Shown here one piece after another: positions 29,039 to 38,438 of a stretch of 64,000 bases of DNA (the first letter of the stretch is position 1; the number at the start of each line of letters is the position of its first letter). The stretch lies in NCBI GenBank assembly GCA_902520385.1, contig CABYOB010000001.1, positions 14,409 through 78,408 on the forward strand. Reading direction: 5' to 3'. The notes below the pieces were generated by a model. It made no database searches. It was not told where the DNA came from and saw nothing but the letters and a program-made list of their open reading frames with translations. The position numbers were made by a program, and so were the translations under genes. The DNA comes from an uncultured Bacteroidota bacterium (GTDB taxonomy: Bacteria; Bacteroidota; Bacteroidia; Flavobacteriales; TMED113).

Positions 29039-29652
29039 AAAAGAGCTTATTGATTTTATGGTTTTTAATCTCATCCTGCATGAATAATCAAATTGATTAT
29101 AATTTTTTAAATAGTGAAGTCAACACTATTGAAATGGGAAAAAATTTAAAAATGAATTATTTTTCTAATGGCGATAAAAATTTTCTATTACAAACTAGTA
29201 GCATGCAAACATTTGAAGATTATGTATTTTTTAGTAGACAAAATATTGTTAAATGCATGATCGATTCTATTCTTGAAGATTTTGGTTTTCAGAGGATTGT
29301 TCAAGATACTATAAAAAATTTATCGATTTTTTCAGATTCAGTTGTAATAATAAATTATAATAATGCCGGGGACTCTGTATTTAAAATCACTTCTAATGAA
29401 CTCATTCATTACTCCAATGAGGATATTGTAGAATTAAAAAATAATGTCAAATTACATAATTTTAAAAATAATTTTTTACAAACTAATCGCTTGTTTTGGA
29501 ATATAGAAAAAAACAAAATTTTGTCTTTTGACTCTGTACTGATACAAACAAGTGATAAAATTATTAATGGATGTGGATTTTATTCTGATGATAATTTTGA
29601 AAATTACAAGATATATAATATTAATGGTGTAATTCAAGTTGACTCCGAATAA
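29035..29652 (+). CDS. lptC: LptC-like periplasmic LPS-export protein (lipoprotein-type N-terminus)
   Basis: I prefer the TTG start at 29035, which gives (M)KKSLLILWFLISSC (lipobox-like). The C-terminal pattern LQTNRLFWNIEKNKILSFDSVLIQTSDKIINGCGFYSDDNFENYKIYNINGVI resembles Bacteroidota LptC. Assignment is from memory, not a search. Confidence 0.5.
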   Translation: MKKSLLILWFLISSCMNNQIDYNFLNSEVNTIEMGKNLKMNYFSNGDKNFLLQTSSMQTFEDYVFFSRQNIVKCMIDSILEDFGFQRIVQDTIKNLSIFSDSVVIINYNNAGDSVFKITSNELIHYSNEDIVELKNNVKLHNFKNNFLQTNRLFWNIEKNKILSFDSVLIQTSDKIINGCGFYSDDNFENYKIYNINGVIQVDSE

Positions 29653-29661
29653 GACTTATTT

Positions 29662-30900
29662 ATGAACACAACAGTTATTTTTATATCTCTAATTTTTTCA
29701 GCTTTTTTTTCAGGAATGGAAATAGCTTTTTTTTCTTCGAATAAATTAAAAATAGCACTTGATAAAGAAAGTGGATCGCGTTCTGAAAAAATCATATTTA
29801 ATTTTTTAGGAAATCAGTCTCATTTTATTACTACTATGTTAATTGGAAATAATATAGCATTAGTGGTTTATGGTTTATTTATGGCAAAAATTTTAAATGA
29901 TCCATTATCTAATTTATTTCAGAATCAATTTTTAATTGGATTTTTAGAGATTTTGCTATCATCAATTTTAGTTTTAATTGTTGCAGAATTTATACCAAAA
30001 GCAATTTTTTCTATTTTATCTAATAGGATGTTAAAAGTTTTCGCGATTCCTGCTTTTTTTATGTATAAAATATTAACACCAATAGTGTTCATTATAACTT
30101 TTATTTCAGGAATTATACTTAAAATATTTGGTGTAAAAAAAACAGAAAATAAAATAAATTTTAACAGAATAGATTTAGATAATTACTTAGAACAACATTA
30201 TACTGAAAATCAAGAAGAGATTAATCCAGAAGTGGAAATTTTAAAAAATGCGTTGGAATTTTCTAAAATAAAAGTAAGAGATTGTATGATTCCTAGAACT
30301 GAGGTAGTAAGTATGGATGTAAATGAAAGTATAGATTTTTTAAAGAGAAGTTTTTTCCAGTCTGGACATTCTAAAATTATAATTTATAGAGAAAGTATTG
30401 ACTTTGTTTTGGGATATGTACATTCCTATGAGTTATTTAAACATCCTACTAAAATTCGCAATATGTTATTGCCCATATCATTTGTTCCTGAAAGTATGCC
30501 TGTAAAAAAAGTTTTAGATCAACTTTTAAAAGATAGAAGAAGTATAGCTATTGTATTAGATGAATATGGTGGAACATCAGGGATTATTTGTTTAGAAGAT
30601 ATTGTTGAGGAACTATTTGGTGAAATACAAGATGAACATGATATAGAGGAGATTATGGAGGAAAAAATATCAGCAAATAAAATTAAATTTTCTGCAAAAG
30701 TTAAAGTAAGTTATTTAAATGAAAAATATAATTTATCCTTACCTGATTCAACAGAGTATGAAACATTAGGAGGTTTAATACTTACATCGATTAGTAATAT
30801 GCCAAAAAAAAATGAAAAAATAGAAGTAAATAATAGTTCGTTTGTTGTTTCTAAAGTTACAGATAACTTTATAGAGGAAGTAATACTTGTTTTAAAGTAA
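29662..30900 (+). CDS. CNNM/hemolysin-family membrane protein (DUF21 - CBS pair - CorC_HlyC)
   Basis: Four N-terminal TM segments, a CBS-pair region, and LDEYGGTSGIICLEDIVEELFGEIQDEHD typical of this family. Confidence 0.8.
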   Translation: MNTTVIFISLIFSAFFSGMEIAFFSSNKLKIALDKESGSRSEKIIFNFLGNQSHFITTMLIGNNIALVVYGLFMAKILNDPLSNLFQNQFLIGFLEILLSSILVLIVAEFIPKAIFSILSNRMLKVFAIPAFFMYKILTPIVFIITFISGIILKIFGVKKTENKINFNRIDLDNYLEQHYTENQEEINPEVEILKNALEFSKIKVRDCMIPRTEVVSMDVNESIDFLKRSFFQSGHSKIIIYRESIDFVLGYVHSYELFKHPTKIRNMLLPISFVPESMPVKKVLDQLLKDRRSIAIVLDEYGGTSGIICLEDIVEELFGEIQDEHDIEEIMEEKISANKIKFSAKVKVSYLNEKYNLSLPDSTEYETLGGLILTSISNMPKKNEKIEVNNSSFVVSKVTDNFIEEVILVLK

Positions 30901-30939
30901 CAAATAAATTGTATATTCGTATCCCAAAATTATATTAAA

Positions 30940-32946
30940 ATGGCAGTATTAAATACTTTAAGAACAAATAAAATATTAAAAGGACTTACTTTTTTCATTA
31001 TTGGAGTGGGTATGTATTTATTTGTGGACCCTCAGTTTGATGCATTTAAAACCTTTGGTATGGTTTTTTCTGGTAAACAAAGTCAATTAGAATTAAATTC
31101 TCTAGGAACTTCTCATGGCTACCAGTTGTTTAATACTTATGAAAGGCCAAACTCTAGAGGAGGGAGTCTTTTTATTTCAGAACCAGAAGACATAGCTGTG
31201 CAAGCTCACTTGACATATTTAGAGTTTATACAACAATCTCAAAATACAGTCAATTCAAATAAACGAAATTTGAATACAATATGGGATCATTTTTCTCAAA
31301 GATCTTTTATAAAGAAAGAAATGCAAAGTCTAGAATACAATTATTCACTTGCTGAAAAAACAGATTTAGTTAAGGGTACCATTACTGGAATAGGTAATGC
31401 TGCACCATTTTTTAATTCTTGGTGGAAAGCGTTAAGAACAGATGATGAAGGGGGGGTTGATGAAAATATAGATGGAAAGGTTTTAGAAGACAGTATTTCT
31501 GTTTGGATGGAGAACAGTAAAGTAAATCAAAATCAAGCAAATTATTTGAATTATAATTTTATGTATAAACCTTTTCAAATTTCAAATAATGAAATTACAA
31601 GGTTTATGTCTTTATATGAAATGGGAACTTTTGCACCTAAATTGTTTTTAGAAAACGAATATATTGATGCTAATAAATCTTTAAATGGACAATATATATA
31701 TTTTCCTTTTAGGGATATTAAAGACTCAGAAATAGAAATTACAGAAGAGGAGATATTAGAATATTATAATAACAATTTAGAGAATTATAAAAATGAAAAT
31801 AAACGAAGAGTAATAGATTATTATTATTTTGAAGCAAAACCTAGTGTAGATGATATTAATAAAGCTAAAAATCAAATTTTGGCACAAGTTGAAAATAATA
31901 AAAATAAATTTGAATTATTGATTTTAGACACAGCAAATTCTTATCAAGAGTTATTAAATTTTGTGAGACAAAAATCAGTAATAAAAAATATAGTATCTAT
32001 AGAAAAACAATCTTTAGAATCTATTTCAGAGTATGATAAGACAGCAAGTAATACATTAGGTAAAAATTACCTTGGACCAATTGTGGATGAAGAGATTGTT
32101 AAGATAGGAATTGTTTTACAACAAGATTTAGATAGTATGCAAGTAGTTTTTTTAAACAAAGACATATATCTTGATGACAGCACAACAGATAAAAATTTTA
32201 GAAAAGCAAAAGATTTCGCTTTTTCTAATAAAACATCTGAAGAATTTGAGGAAAATGCAAAAAAGATTAAAAATGTTCTAATTAAAAAGAATGTTTCAAT
32301 TTCAATACTAGATACAGAAATTTCGGGCATTGAAGGTAATTCTAGAGAAATTATAAGGTGGATTTATGGAATTCCAAGTAATATAAATACAGCCTTACCT
32401 TATTCCTCAGTAGAACTTGAAAACAGGAATGAAGCAAATATAAAAAGATTTACTACTAATATATATGATGATGTAGTAGTTTTTATAAAGGAATTAAAAG
32501 ATGGAGACTCCAAAGATTTTGAAGAAGCAAAAGCCGAAATAAAAAAGAAAATAATTGATAATAAGAAGTCAGAATTAATTAAAGAAAAATTTTCAACTAA
32601 TTGGTCCGATGATATTGATCAAATATCCAAGAATATTAATAAAAAAGTAAATTTAGCAACTAATTTTTCTTTTTCTTCTGCTAATTTTCCTGTTGGAGGA
32701 AATGATCCAGGTGCTACAGGTTTTTTCTTTGGATTAAAAGAAAATGAGATATCTAAACCTTATGTTGGAAACAGGGGTGTGTTTGTCTTTTTAAAAACTA
32801 AAAATTTAACATCAGAAATTTCCGAATCTGAAATATTAAGTACTAAGCAACAAGCTTTAAATAGAGTAAATGCGGATTTTAAATTAAATGTGCTTAAACA
32901 GTCTAAGTCAAATGAATACATTGATATGAGGCATATGTCATTTTAG
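30940..32946 (+). CDS. PpiD/SurA-like periplasmic chaperone, apparently without a canonical parvulin domain
   Basis: N-terminal anchor MAVLNTLRTNKILKGLTFFIIGVGMYLFV is like PpiD. 668 aa. There is no His residue between about aa 120 and aa 660, so the parvulin dual-His motif is absent. Confidence 0.5.
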   Translation: MAVLNTLRTNKILKGLTFFIIGVGMYLFVDPQFDAFKTFGMVFSGKQSQLELNSLGTSHGYQLFNTYERPNSRGGSLFISEPEDIAVQAHLTYLEFIQQSQNTVNSNKRNLNTIWDHFSQRSFIKKEMQSLEYNYSLAEKTDLVKGTITGIGNAAPFFNSWWKALRTDDEGGVDENIDGKVLEDSISVWMENSKVNQNQANYLNYNFMYKPFQISNNEITRFMSLYEMGTFAPKLFLENEYIDANKSLNGQYIYFPFRDIKDSEIEITEEEILEYYNNNLENYKNENKRRVIDYYYFEAKPSVDDINKAKNQILAQVENNKNKFELLILDTANSYQELLNFVRQKSVIKNIVSIEKQSLESISEYDKTASNTLGKNYLGPIVDEEIVKIGIVLQQDLDSMQVVFLNKDIYLDDSTTDKNFRKAKDFAFSNKTSEEFEENAKKIKNVLIKKNVSISILDTEISGIEGNSREIIRWIYGIPSNINTALPYSSVELENRNEANIKRFTTNIYDDVVVFIKELKDGDSKDFEEAKAEIKKKIIDNKKSELIKEKFSTNWSDDIDQISKNINKKVNLATNFSFSSANFPVGGNDPGATGFFFGLKENEISKPYVGNRGVFVFLKTKNLTSEISESEILSTKQQALNRVNADFKLNVLKQSKSNEYIDMRHMSF

Positions 32947-34179
32947 AATTTCCATTCTATAAGAATCTAATTTTAAGAAAAAGAAGAGAAAAATAGTCAT
33001 ACTTATAAGTGCCGTTCCGCCGTAGCTAACAAAAGGTAATGGAATTCCTACCACTGGAAACAAGCCAAGAATCATACCAATATTAATGGAAAAGTGACTA
33101 AAAAATATTCCCAAAAAACTATACCCAAAAATTCTTGAAAATTTTGATCTTTGACGCTCACTTATAATTATTATTCTAATCATAAAAAAAACAAATAGAA
33201 TTATGGTTATTAGAGAACCTAGAAACCCAAATTCTTCACCGATAGCGCAAAAAATAAAATCTGTGCTTTGTTCAGGTATATAGTCTCCCTTAGTTTGAGT
33301 CCCTTGTAAAAAACCTTTACCTACAAATCCTCCTGAACCAATACCTATTAAAGATTGGTCTAAATTGTATCTTTCAGCTTTACTAATATTCTTACCAAGA
33401 AGAACATTTATTCTAGTTTGTTGGTGGGGTTTTAAAAAGTTTTCAAATGTATGTTGAAAACAAAAAGAAAATAAAGAAGATAAGATTAATATAGAAATAC
33501 TCTTTTTAACAGATTTTTTGTTATAAAAGATTAATATAAGAGTAGAAAATGTAATAATTAATACAGTATATTTAAATGAAAATAAAATTGTAATAATAAA
33601 TAAACATAATAGTCCAAATAACATTATAGGAATCCATTTATTTAATCCTTCTCTAAATAACGGAATTATTAAAAATGAAAAGACCAAGCAAGAGCCCATG
33701 TCAGGTTGTAAAAAAATCAAAAATACAGGAGTGGTAATAAATAATAAAATATTCAGTAAATCTCTTTTTTTCGATAAGTTAACATCAAATTTTGAAAGGT
33801 ATTTACATATGGCCAGAACAGTTCCAAATTTAGCAAATTCGGCAGGTTGAAAACCAAATACACCGAAATCAAACCATGACCTGGCTCCATGTTTTGTCTC
33901 ACCAAAAATTAAAACAGAGATTAGAAGAAATATAGAAAAAGCATAAATTAAGTAGGATAATCTCATCAAAAACTTTCCATCAAGTAGCAAAATTAATCCT
34001 CCAATTGTAAGAGATATAAAATGAAATAATATTTGTTTTCCAAATTCGGAATAAAAAGAGAATGTTGTTTTGGGTTCATATTCAACCACATATATAGCGT
34101 ATAGCCCTAATAACATTAGCCCTATGTAAGAAAGGAAAATTTTAAAATCTATAAATTTATAATCAGGGTTTCTATACAT
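32938..34179 (-). CDS. rodA: rod shape-determining protein RodA (SEDS family)
   Basis: Polytopic FtsW/RodA/SpoVE-type protein: QPAEFAK, TDFIFCAIGEEFGFLG, PLPFVSYGGTA. Position downstream of mrdA. Confidence 0.85.
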   Translation of the reverse strand: MYRNPDYKFIDFKIFLSYIGLMLLGLYAIYVVEYEPKTTFSFYSEFGKQILFHFISLTIGGLILLLDGKFLMRLSYLIYAFSIFLLISVLIFGETKHGARSWFDFGVFGFQPAEFAKFGTVLAICKYLSKFDVNLSKKRDLLNILLFITTPVFLIFLQPDMGSCLVFSFLIIPLFREGLNKWIPIMLFGLLCLFIITILFSFKYTVLIITFSTLILIFYNKKSVKKSISILILSSLFSFCFQHTFENFLKPHQQTRINVLLGKNISKAERYNLDQSLIGIGSGGFVGKGFLQGTQTKGDYIPEQSTDFIFCAIGEEFGFLGSLITIILFVFFMIRIIIISERQRSKFSRIFGYSFLGIFFSHFSINIGMILGLFPVVGIPLPFVSYGGTALISMTIFLFFFLKLDSYRMEILK

Positions 34180-36056
34180 TAATTCAAAACTTTTAGTATA
34201 TATTTTTTAAAATTATGATCAAAATATGGTTTGTTTTTAAAAGTTAAATCAATATTTCTTTTAAGGAATTTTTCAATACATAAATTGGCAATAGGAGCAG
34301 CTGCATCTCCACCATCTCCGCCATTTTCAATATATACAGCAATAGCAATTTTTGGATTTTCTTTTGGCGAAAAAGCAGTAAAAACGGAGTGGTCTTTTTG
34401 TTTAATTTTATTTTTATAATTTTCTACGGTACCTGTTTTACCACAAATTTTTAAATTACTTATTCTAGATTTTCTTGCTGTGCCATTTTTTCCATCTAAT
34501 ACCCTTTCCATTCCTTTAATAACATAATCGAAATATTTTTCTGAAATAGAGACAGTCTTTTTTTTAGAAAATCTTTCTTTTAATAATTTAAATTCCAAAT
34601 GTTCTTTAATAGAAGAAGCGCCTTTTGCATCTTTTATAATATGAGGCGTGTAAAAATGTCCCTTATTGGCTAAAATCGCGGTGTAGTTTGCTAATTGAAT
34701 TGGAGTAGTTAGTAATTCACCTTGACCAATTCCTAGTGAAATACAATTGGAGGGTCCCCAATTATAACCTTTATAAAGTTCAGTGTAGTATTTTCCATCA
34801 GGAACTTTTCCTGGTACTCCTGCATGTAAATCATTATTTAGAAAATCACCAAAACCAAATTCTTTTAAATATTTTGCCCAAGTATCTAATCCAATTTCAC
34901 TTGTCTTTTTGTTTTTCACCAATCTAAAAAACATTTCACAAAAGTAAGCGTTACATGATTCTGCTAATGCATTTGTAATATTCATTGGTGGGTGGTCGGT
35001 TCCATGACAAGCCACCCTCATACGTTTTCCATAATTCCAGCCGTAATTACAATTAATTTTTGTTCCAGGAGTAATAATTTCTTCTTCTAAACCAATTAAT
35101 GCGGTAAGCATTTTTATAGTTGATCCAGGCGCATATGTTGATAATATTGTTCGATCAAATAATGGCTTGTTAGGATCACTTCTTAATGTAGGATATATTA
35201 CATTTCTTTTTTTTCCAATAAAATCAGAAGGATTATAAGATGGGCTGGTTACTAAACATAAAATCTCACCAGTACTAGGTTCAATAGCAACAATACTACC
35301 ATTATAATTTTGCATAATTTTTTCCCCAAATTCTTGTAATTCTAAATCAATTGTTAAGTTAATTGATCTCCCAGGTAATGAAAGAGTATCCATGTTACCA
35401 TTTTTGTATGGCATTTGTCTGCCTTTAACATCTTGAATAATGTGTTTTACACCCTTTTTTCCTCTTAGTATTTTTTCATAAGATTTATCTACTCCAGATT
35501 TCCCAATTCTATCACCACTTTCATAATAAGAGTCATTAGGATTTATATTATTAATGACACCAATATATCCTAAAATATTAGCTGCATAGTTAGTGTTATA
35601 TTTTCTTACCATTCTAGGTTGTTCATACAATCCAGGAAATTGAAATAAGTTTTCAAGAACAGAAAAAGGAACTTCTTCTAGAAATAAAGAGCCTTTATTA
35701 TAAGAGTAACTTTTTGCTTTTTGAATCTTTTCTTTTAATATGCTTTTATTTATGTCAAAATAATTACACATTTCTAAAGTATCTTCAGTAGTTTTTAATT
35801 TTAATTCTCGTGGGATTACCATGATATCCATTATACTATCATTCTTAGCAAGTAATTTATTGTATCGATCATAAATTAAACCTCTTTCAGGTGGGTGCAT
35901 AATTCTTCTTTTCGCATTATTTTCTGCTAAATTCTCATAATAAGAGTTTTTTATTATTTGTATGTAAAATAATTTAGCAATAAAAATACTCGACACAGAT
36001 AATATTAAAAAATAAATAAAAAATCTTCTATTTGTTAGTATAAAGTTTCTTTTCAT
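34179..36056 (-). CDS. mrdA: penicillin-binding protein 2 (transpeptidase)
   Basis: SxxK (GSTIK), SxN (ESCN) and KTGT motifs; 625 aa; mreBCD context. Confidence 0.9.
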   Translation of the reverse strand: MKRNFILTNRRFFIYFLILSVSSIFIAKLFYIQIIKNSYYENLAENNAKRRIMHPPERGLIYDRYNKLLAKNDSIMDIMVIPRELKLKTTEDTLEMCNYFDINKSILKEKIQKAKSYSYNKGSLFLEEVPFSVLENLFQFPGLYEQPRMVRKYNTNYAANILGYIGVINNINPNDSYYESGDRIGKSGVDKSYEKILRGKKGVKHIIQDVKGRQMPYKNGNMDTLSLPGRSINLTIDLELQEFGEKIMQNYNGSIVAIEPSTGEILCLVTSPSYNPSDFIGKKRNVIYPTLRSDPNKPLFDRTILSTYAPGSTIKMLTALIGLEEEIITPGTKINCNYGWNYGKRMRVACHGTDHPPMNITNALAESCNAYFCEMFFRLVKNKKTSEIGLDTWAKYLKEFGFGDFLNNDLHAGVPGKVPDGKYYTELYKGYNWGPSNCISLGIGQGELLTTPIQLANYTAILANKGHFYTPHIIKDAKGASSIKEHLEFKLLKERFSKKKTVSISEKYFDYVIKGMERVLDGKNGTARKSRISNLKICGKTGTVENYKNKIKQKDHSVFTAFSPKENPKIAIAVYIENGGDGGDAAAPIANLCIEKFLKRNIDLTFKNKPYFDHNFKKYILKVLN

Positions 36057-36550
36057 TTTTTAAATATATAGTAAGAAAAAATAATAATTAATATTGTGAA
36101 AAAGGAACTGAGGATAGTGCTAATGATAATATTGGCAAAACTTAAACCAGAAAAAATAAACAACAAGAAATGATGAAAAATAACACCAACAAAAACATAA
36201 ATTAGAATTCTTCCAAAAGATAAATTATCAAAATTCAAATCAGTTAAAGTTTTTTCTCTAATAGAAATTAGTTTTATGTATTTTGGTCTAAAATAGCCTA
36301 AGAACAAACTACTAAGTGCATGTATTGGGCCGCTAGAACTTAGTGTTCCAACACCAATATCAATGAACAAGCCAATTAAAAAAGAAGATAAAATAATAAA
36401 TAAATGGCTTTTCCTTGTAGGTAAAAATAAAATAAAAATTATATAATAGTACGGGTTTATCCAATTTGAAAAAAGGAACTGATTAAGTATAAATATTTGG
36501 ATAATAATATTACCAAAAAAACAAAATAAGATAGAATTATTTGTTTTCAT
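36053..36550 (-). CDS. mreD: rod shape-determining protein MreD
   Basis: 165-aa polytopic membrane protein between mreC and mrdA, with overlapping stop/start on both sides. Confidence 0.65.
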   Translation of the reverse strand: MKTNNSILFCFFGNIIIQIFILNQFLFSNWINPYYYIIFILFLPTRKSHLFIILSSFLIGLFIDIGVGTLSSSGPIHALSSLFLGYFRPKYIKLISIREKTLTDLNFDNLSFGRILIYVFVGVIFHHFLLFIFSGLSFANIIISTILSSFFTILIIIFSYYIFKK

Positions 36551-37382
36551 AAGAGTTTTTTAATTCAGAATATAATTTATCTTTTATTATTATAGCGCTA
36601 GTTATATTTTTAAAATCTACGCCTAATAATACATCAATTTTAAAAGAATTAGAGCTAATTTTTTTTTCAAAATTAGAAATAGTTCCTATAAAAATCCCAC
36701 TATAAAAACTTTTTGACTCAGTATGTGTGAAAATAGAATCTCCAATAGATATCATGATTTCGTTTCCAACTCCTTCTAAGCTAGCATATTGGTGAGAATT
36801 CCCATTCCATTTCAACACACCCTCATCTAGCACTCCGTTTTTTGTTTTTATAGATGTTAATAATCTAGTGTGTTTACTTATTAAAGTTGTTACTTCACAA
36901 AAATGAGTTGTTGCATTACTTACAAATCCCACGACTCCATTATTATTTATAACCCCCATGTTTTTTAAAACACCATGTTTTTTTCCTTTATTAAGTACTA
37001 TAGTATTATTTGGAAGTGTCCAGTTTTTTTTTTCAACTTTAGCAGGTATATAATTAAATCTATTATCCTCATTTAGAATAATTAAATTTTTATATTTTTT
37101 ATATAACTCAAGTTCACTATTTTCAAATTTTAATAGTTCATTTTCTTTAATTAGAGAAAAGTTTTCATTTTCTAATTTTGAATTTATTTTTTTTAATTTA
37201 AAGTACTCAATTAAGTTGTTTTCAACACTTAATGAATTATAAACTAAATTTTTAATTCCATTTAATATTTTAACTTCATTATAAGGGTTTATTTTTAGAA
37301 TTAAAGATGAACAAAAAAGTGTCAAAAAAACAAAAACAATAAAAACATGATGCTTTATTAAGATTTCAATTAAAAATCGCAT
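36537..37382 (-). CDS. mreC: rod shape-determining protein MreC
   Basis: N-terminal TM segment, coiled-coil (ENENFSLIKENELLKFENSELE), then beta-rich domains GVINNNGVVGFV; context. Confidence 0.8.
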   Translation of the reverse strand: MRFLIEILIKHHVFIVFVFLTLFCSSLILKINPYNEVKILNGIKNLVYNSLSVENNLIEYFKLKKINSKLENENFSLIKENELLKFENSELELYKKYKNLIILNEDNRFNYIPAKVEKKNWTLPNNTIVLNKGKKHGVLKNMGVINNNGVVGFVSNATTHFCEVTTLISKHTRLLTSIKTKNGVLDEGVLKWNGNSHQYASLEGVGNEIMISIGDSIFTHTESKSFYSGIFIGTISNFEKKISSNSFKIDVLLGVDFKNITSAIIIKDKLYSELKNSYENK

Positions 37383-37395
37383 AAATCTTATTAAA

Positions 37396-38427
37396 TTATC
37401 TCATTAAAAAAGTATAGTGATCTACGTTTTTTAAAGCAATACCAGTACCTCTTACTACAGCTTTTAATGGGTCTTCTGCTATGAAAACTGCTAAGTCTGT
37501 TTTGGCTGAAATTCTTTTTTCTAACCCTCTTAACATTGAACCCCCACCAGCTAAATATATTCCTGTATTGTATATATCTGCTGCTAGTTCAGGTGGTGTC
37601 ATTGCTAAGGCTTGCATAATTGCATCTTCAATAGAACATATTGAGGAGTCCAGGGCTTGTGCAATTTCTTTATAAGAAACTATTACTTGTTTTGGTTTTC
37701 CAGTAGTCAAGTCTCTTCCTTGAACAGGCCAGTCATCTGGAGGGCTTTCTAGTTCTTGCGTTGCTGCACCACAATGAATTTTAATGTCTTCAGCAGAACG
37801 GTCTCCAACTACTAAGTTATGGTGAGTACGCATATAAAATTTTATATCAGATGTAAAAATATCTCCAGCTACTTTTACTGACTTATCGCAAACAATTCCT
37901 CCTAAAGATATTACAGCAATTTCAGTAGTTCCTCCACCTATATCAATAACCATATTGCCTTTTGGTTCTTGTACATCAATTCCAATTCCAATTGCAGCTG
38001 CCATTGGCTCATGTATTAAGTATACCTCTTTTGCTCCAGAATGTTCAGCAGAATCTCTTACAGCTCTTTTTTCTACTTCGGTAATGCCTGATGGTATACA
38101 AATAACCATTCTTAATGCAGGAGAAAAAATTCGGCTTTTCAAAGCTGGAATTTTTTTGATAAATTCTCTTATCATTGATTCTGCGGCATCAAAGTCAGCA
38201 ATAACACCATCTTTTAGAGGTCGAGTTGTTTCAATCCCTTTGTGGGCTTTTCCATGCATTTGTTGAGCTTTATTTCCTACTTCAATAAATTTTCCAGTTT
38301 TTGTTTCCATTGCTACAATAGACGGTTCATTTACAACAACTTTATCGTTATGAATAATTAATGTGTTAGCAGTGCCTAAGTCTATTGCAATATCTTCAGT
38401 AAGATTCATAAAATCGAGTATCCCCAT
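37396..38427 (-). CDS. mreB: rod shape-determining protein MreB (actin-like ATPase)
   Basis: IAIDLGTANT, VIDIGGGTTEIAV, GIYLAGGGSMLRGL motifs; 343 aa. Confidence 0.95.
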   Translation of the reverse strand: MGILDFMNLTEDIAIDLGTANTLIIHNDKVVVNEPSIVAMETKTGKFIEVGNKAQQMHGKAHKGIETTRPLKDGVIADFDAAESMIREFIKKIPALKSRIFSPALRMVICIPSGITEVEKRAVRDSAEHSGAKEVYLIHEPMAAAIGIGIDVQEPKGNMVIDIGGGTTEIAVISLGGIVCDKSVKVAGDIFTSDIKFYMRTHHNLVVGDRSAEDIKIHCGAATQELESPPDDWPVQGRDLTTGKPKQVIVSYKEIAQALDSSICSIEDAIMQALAMTPPELAADIYNTGIYLAGGGSMLRGLEKRISAKTDLAVFIAEDPLKAVVRGTGIALKNVDHYTFLMR

Positions 38428-38438
38428 AGCAGTATTTT

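Noticed and set aside
29662-30900. Calling the DUF21-CBS-CorC protein the gliding-motility protein GldE
   Set aside because: The family resemblance is real, but there is no gldD or other gld gene next to it. The lptC / PpiD-like context points to a generic CNNM/hemolysin-family member.
37955-38266. 103-aa ORF on the plus strand (also 37481-37675, 64 aa)
   Set aside because: Entirely antisense to the highly conserved mreB. The composition (Ala/Ser/Ile-rich) is what the reverse frame of a conserved gene gives, and there is no start context or motif.
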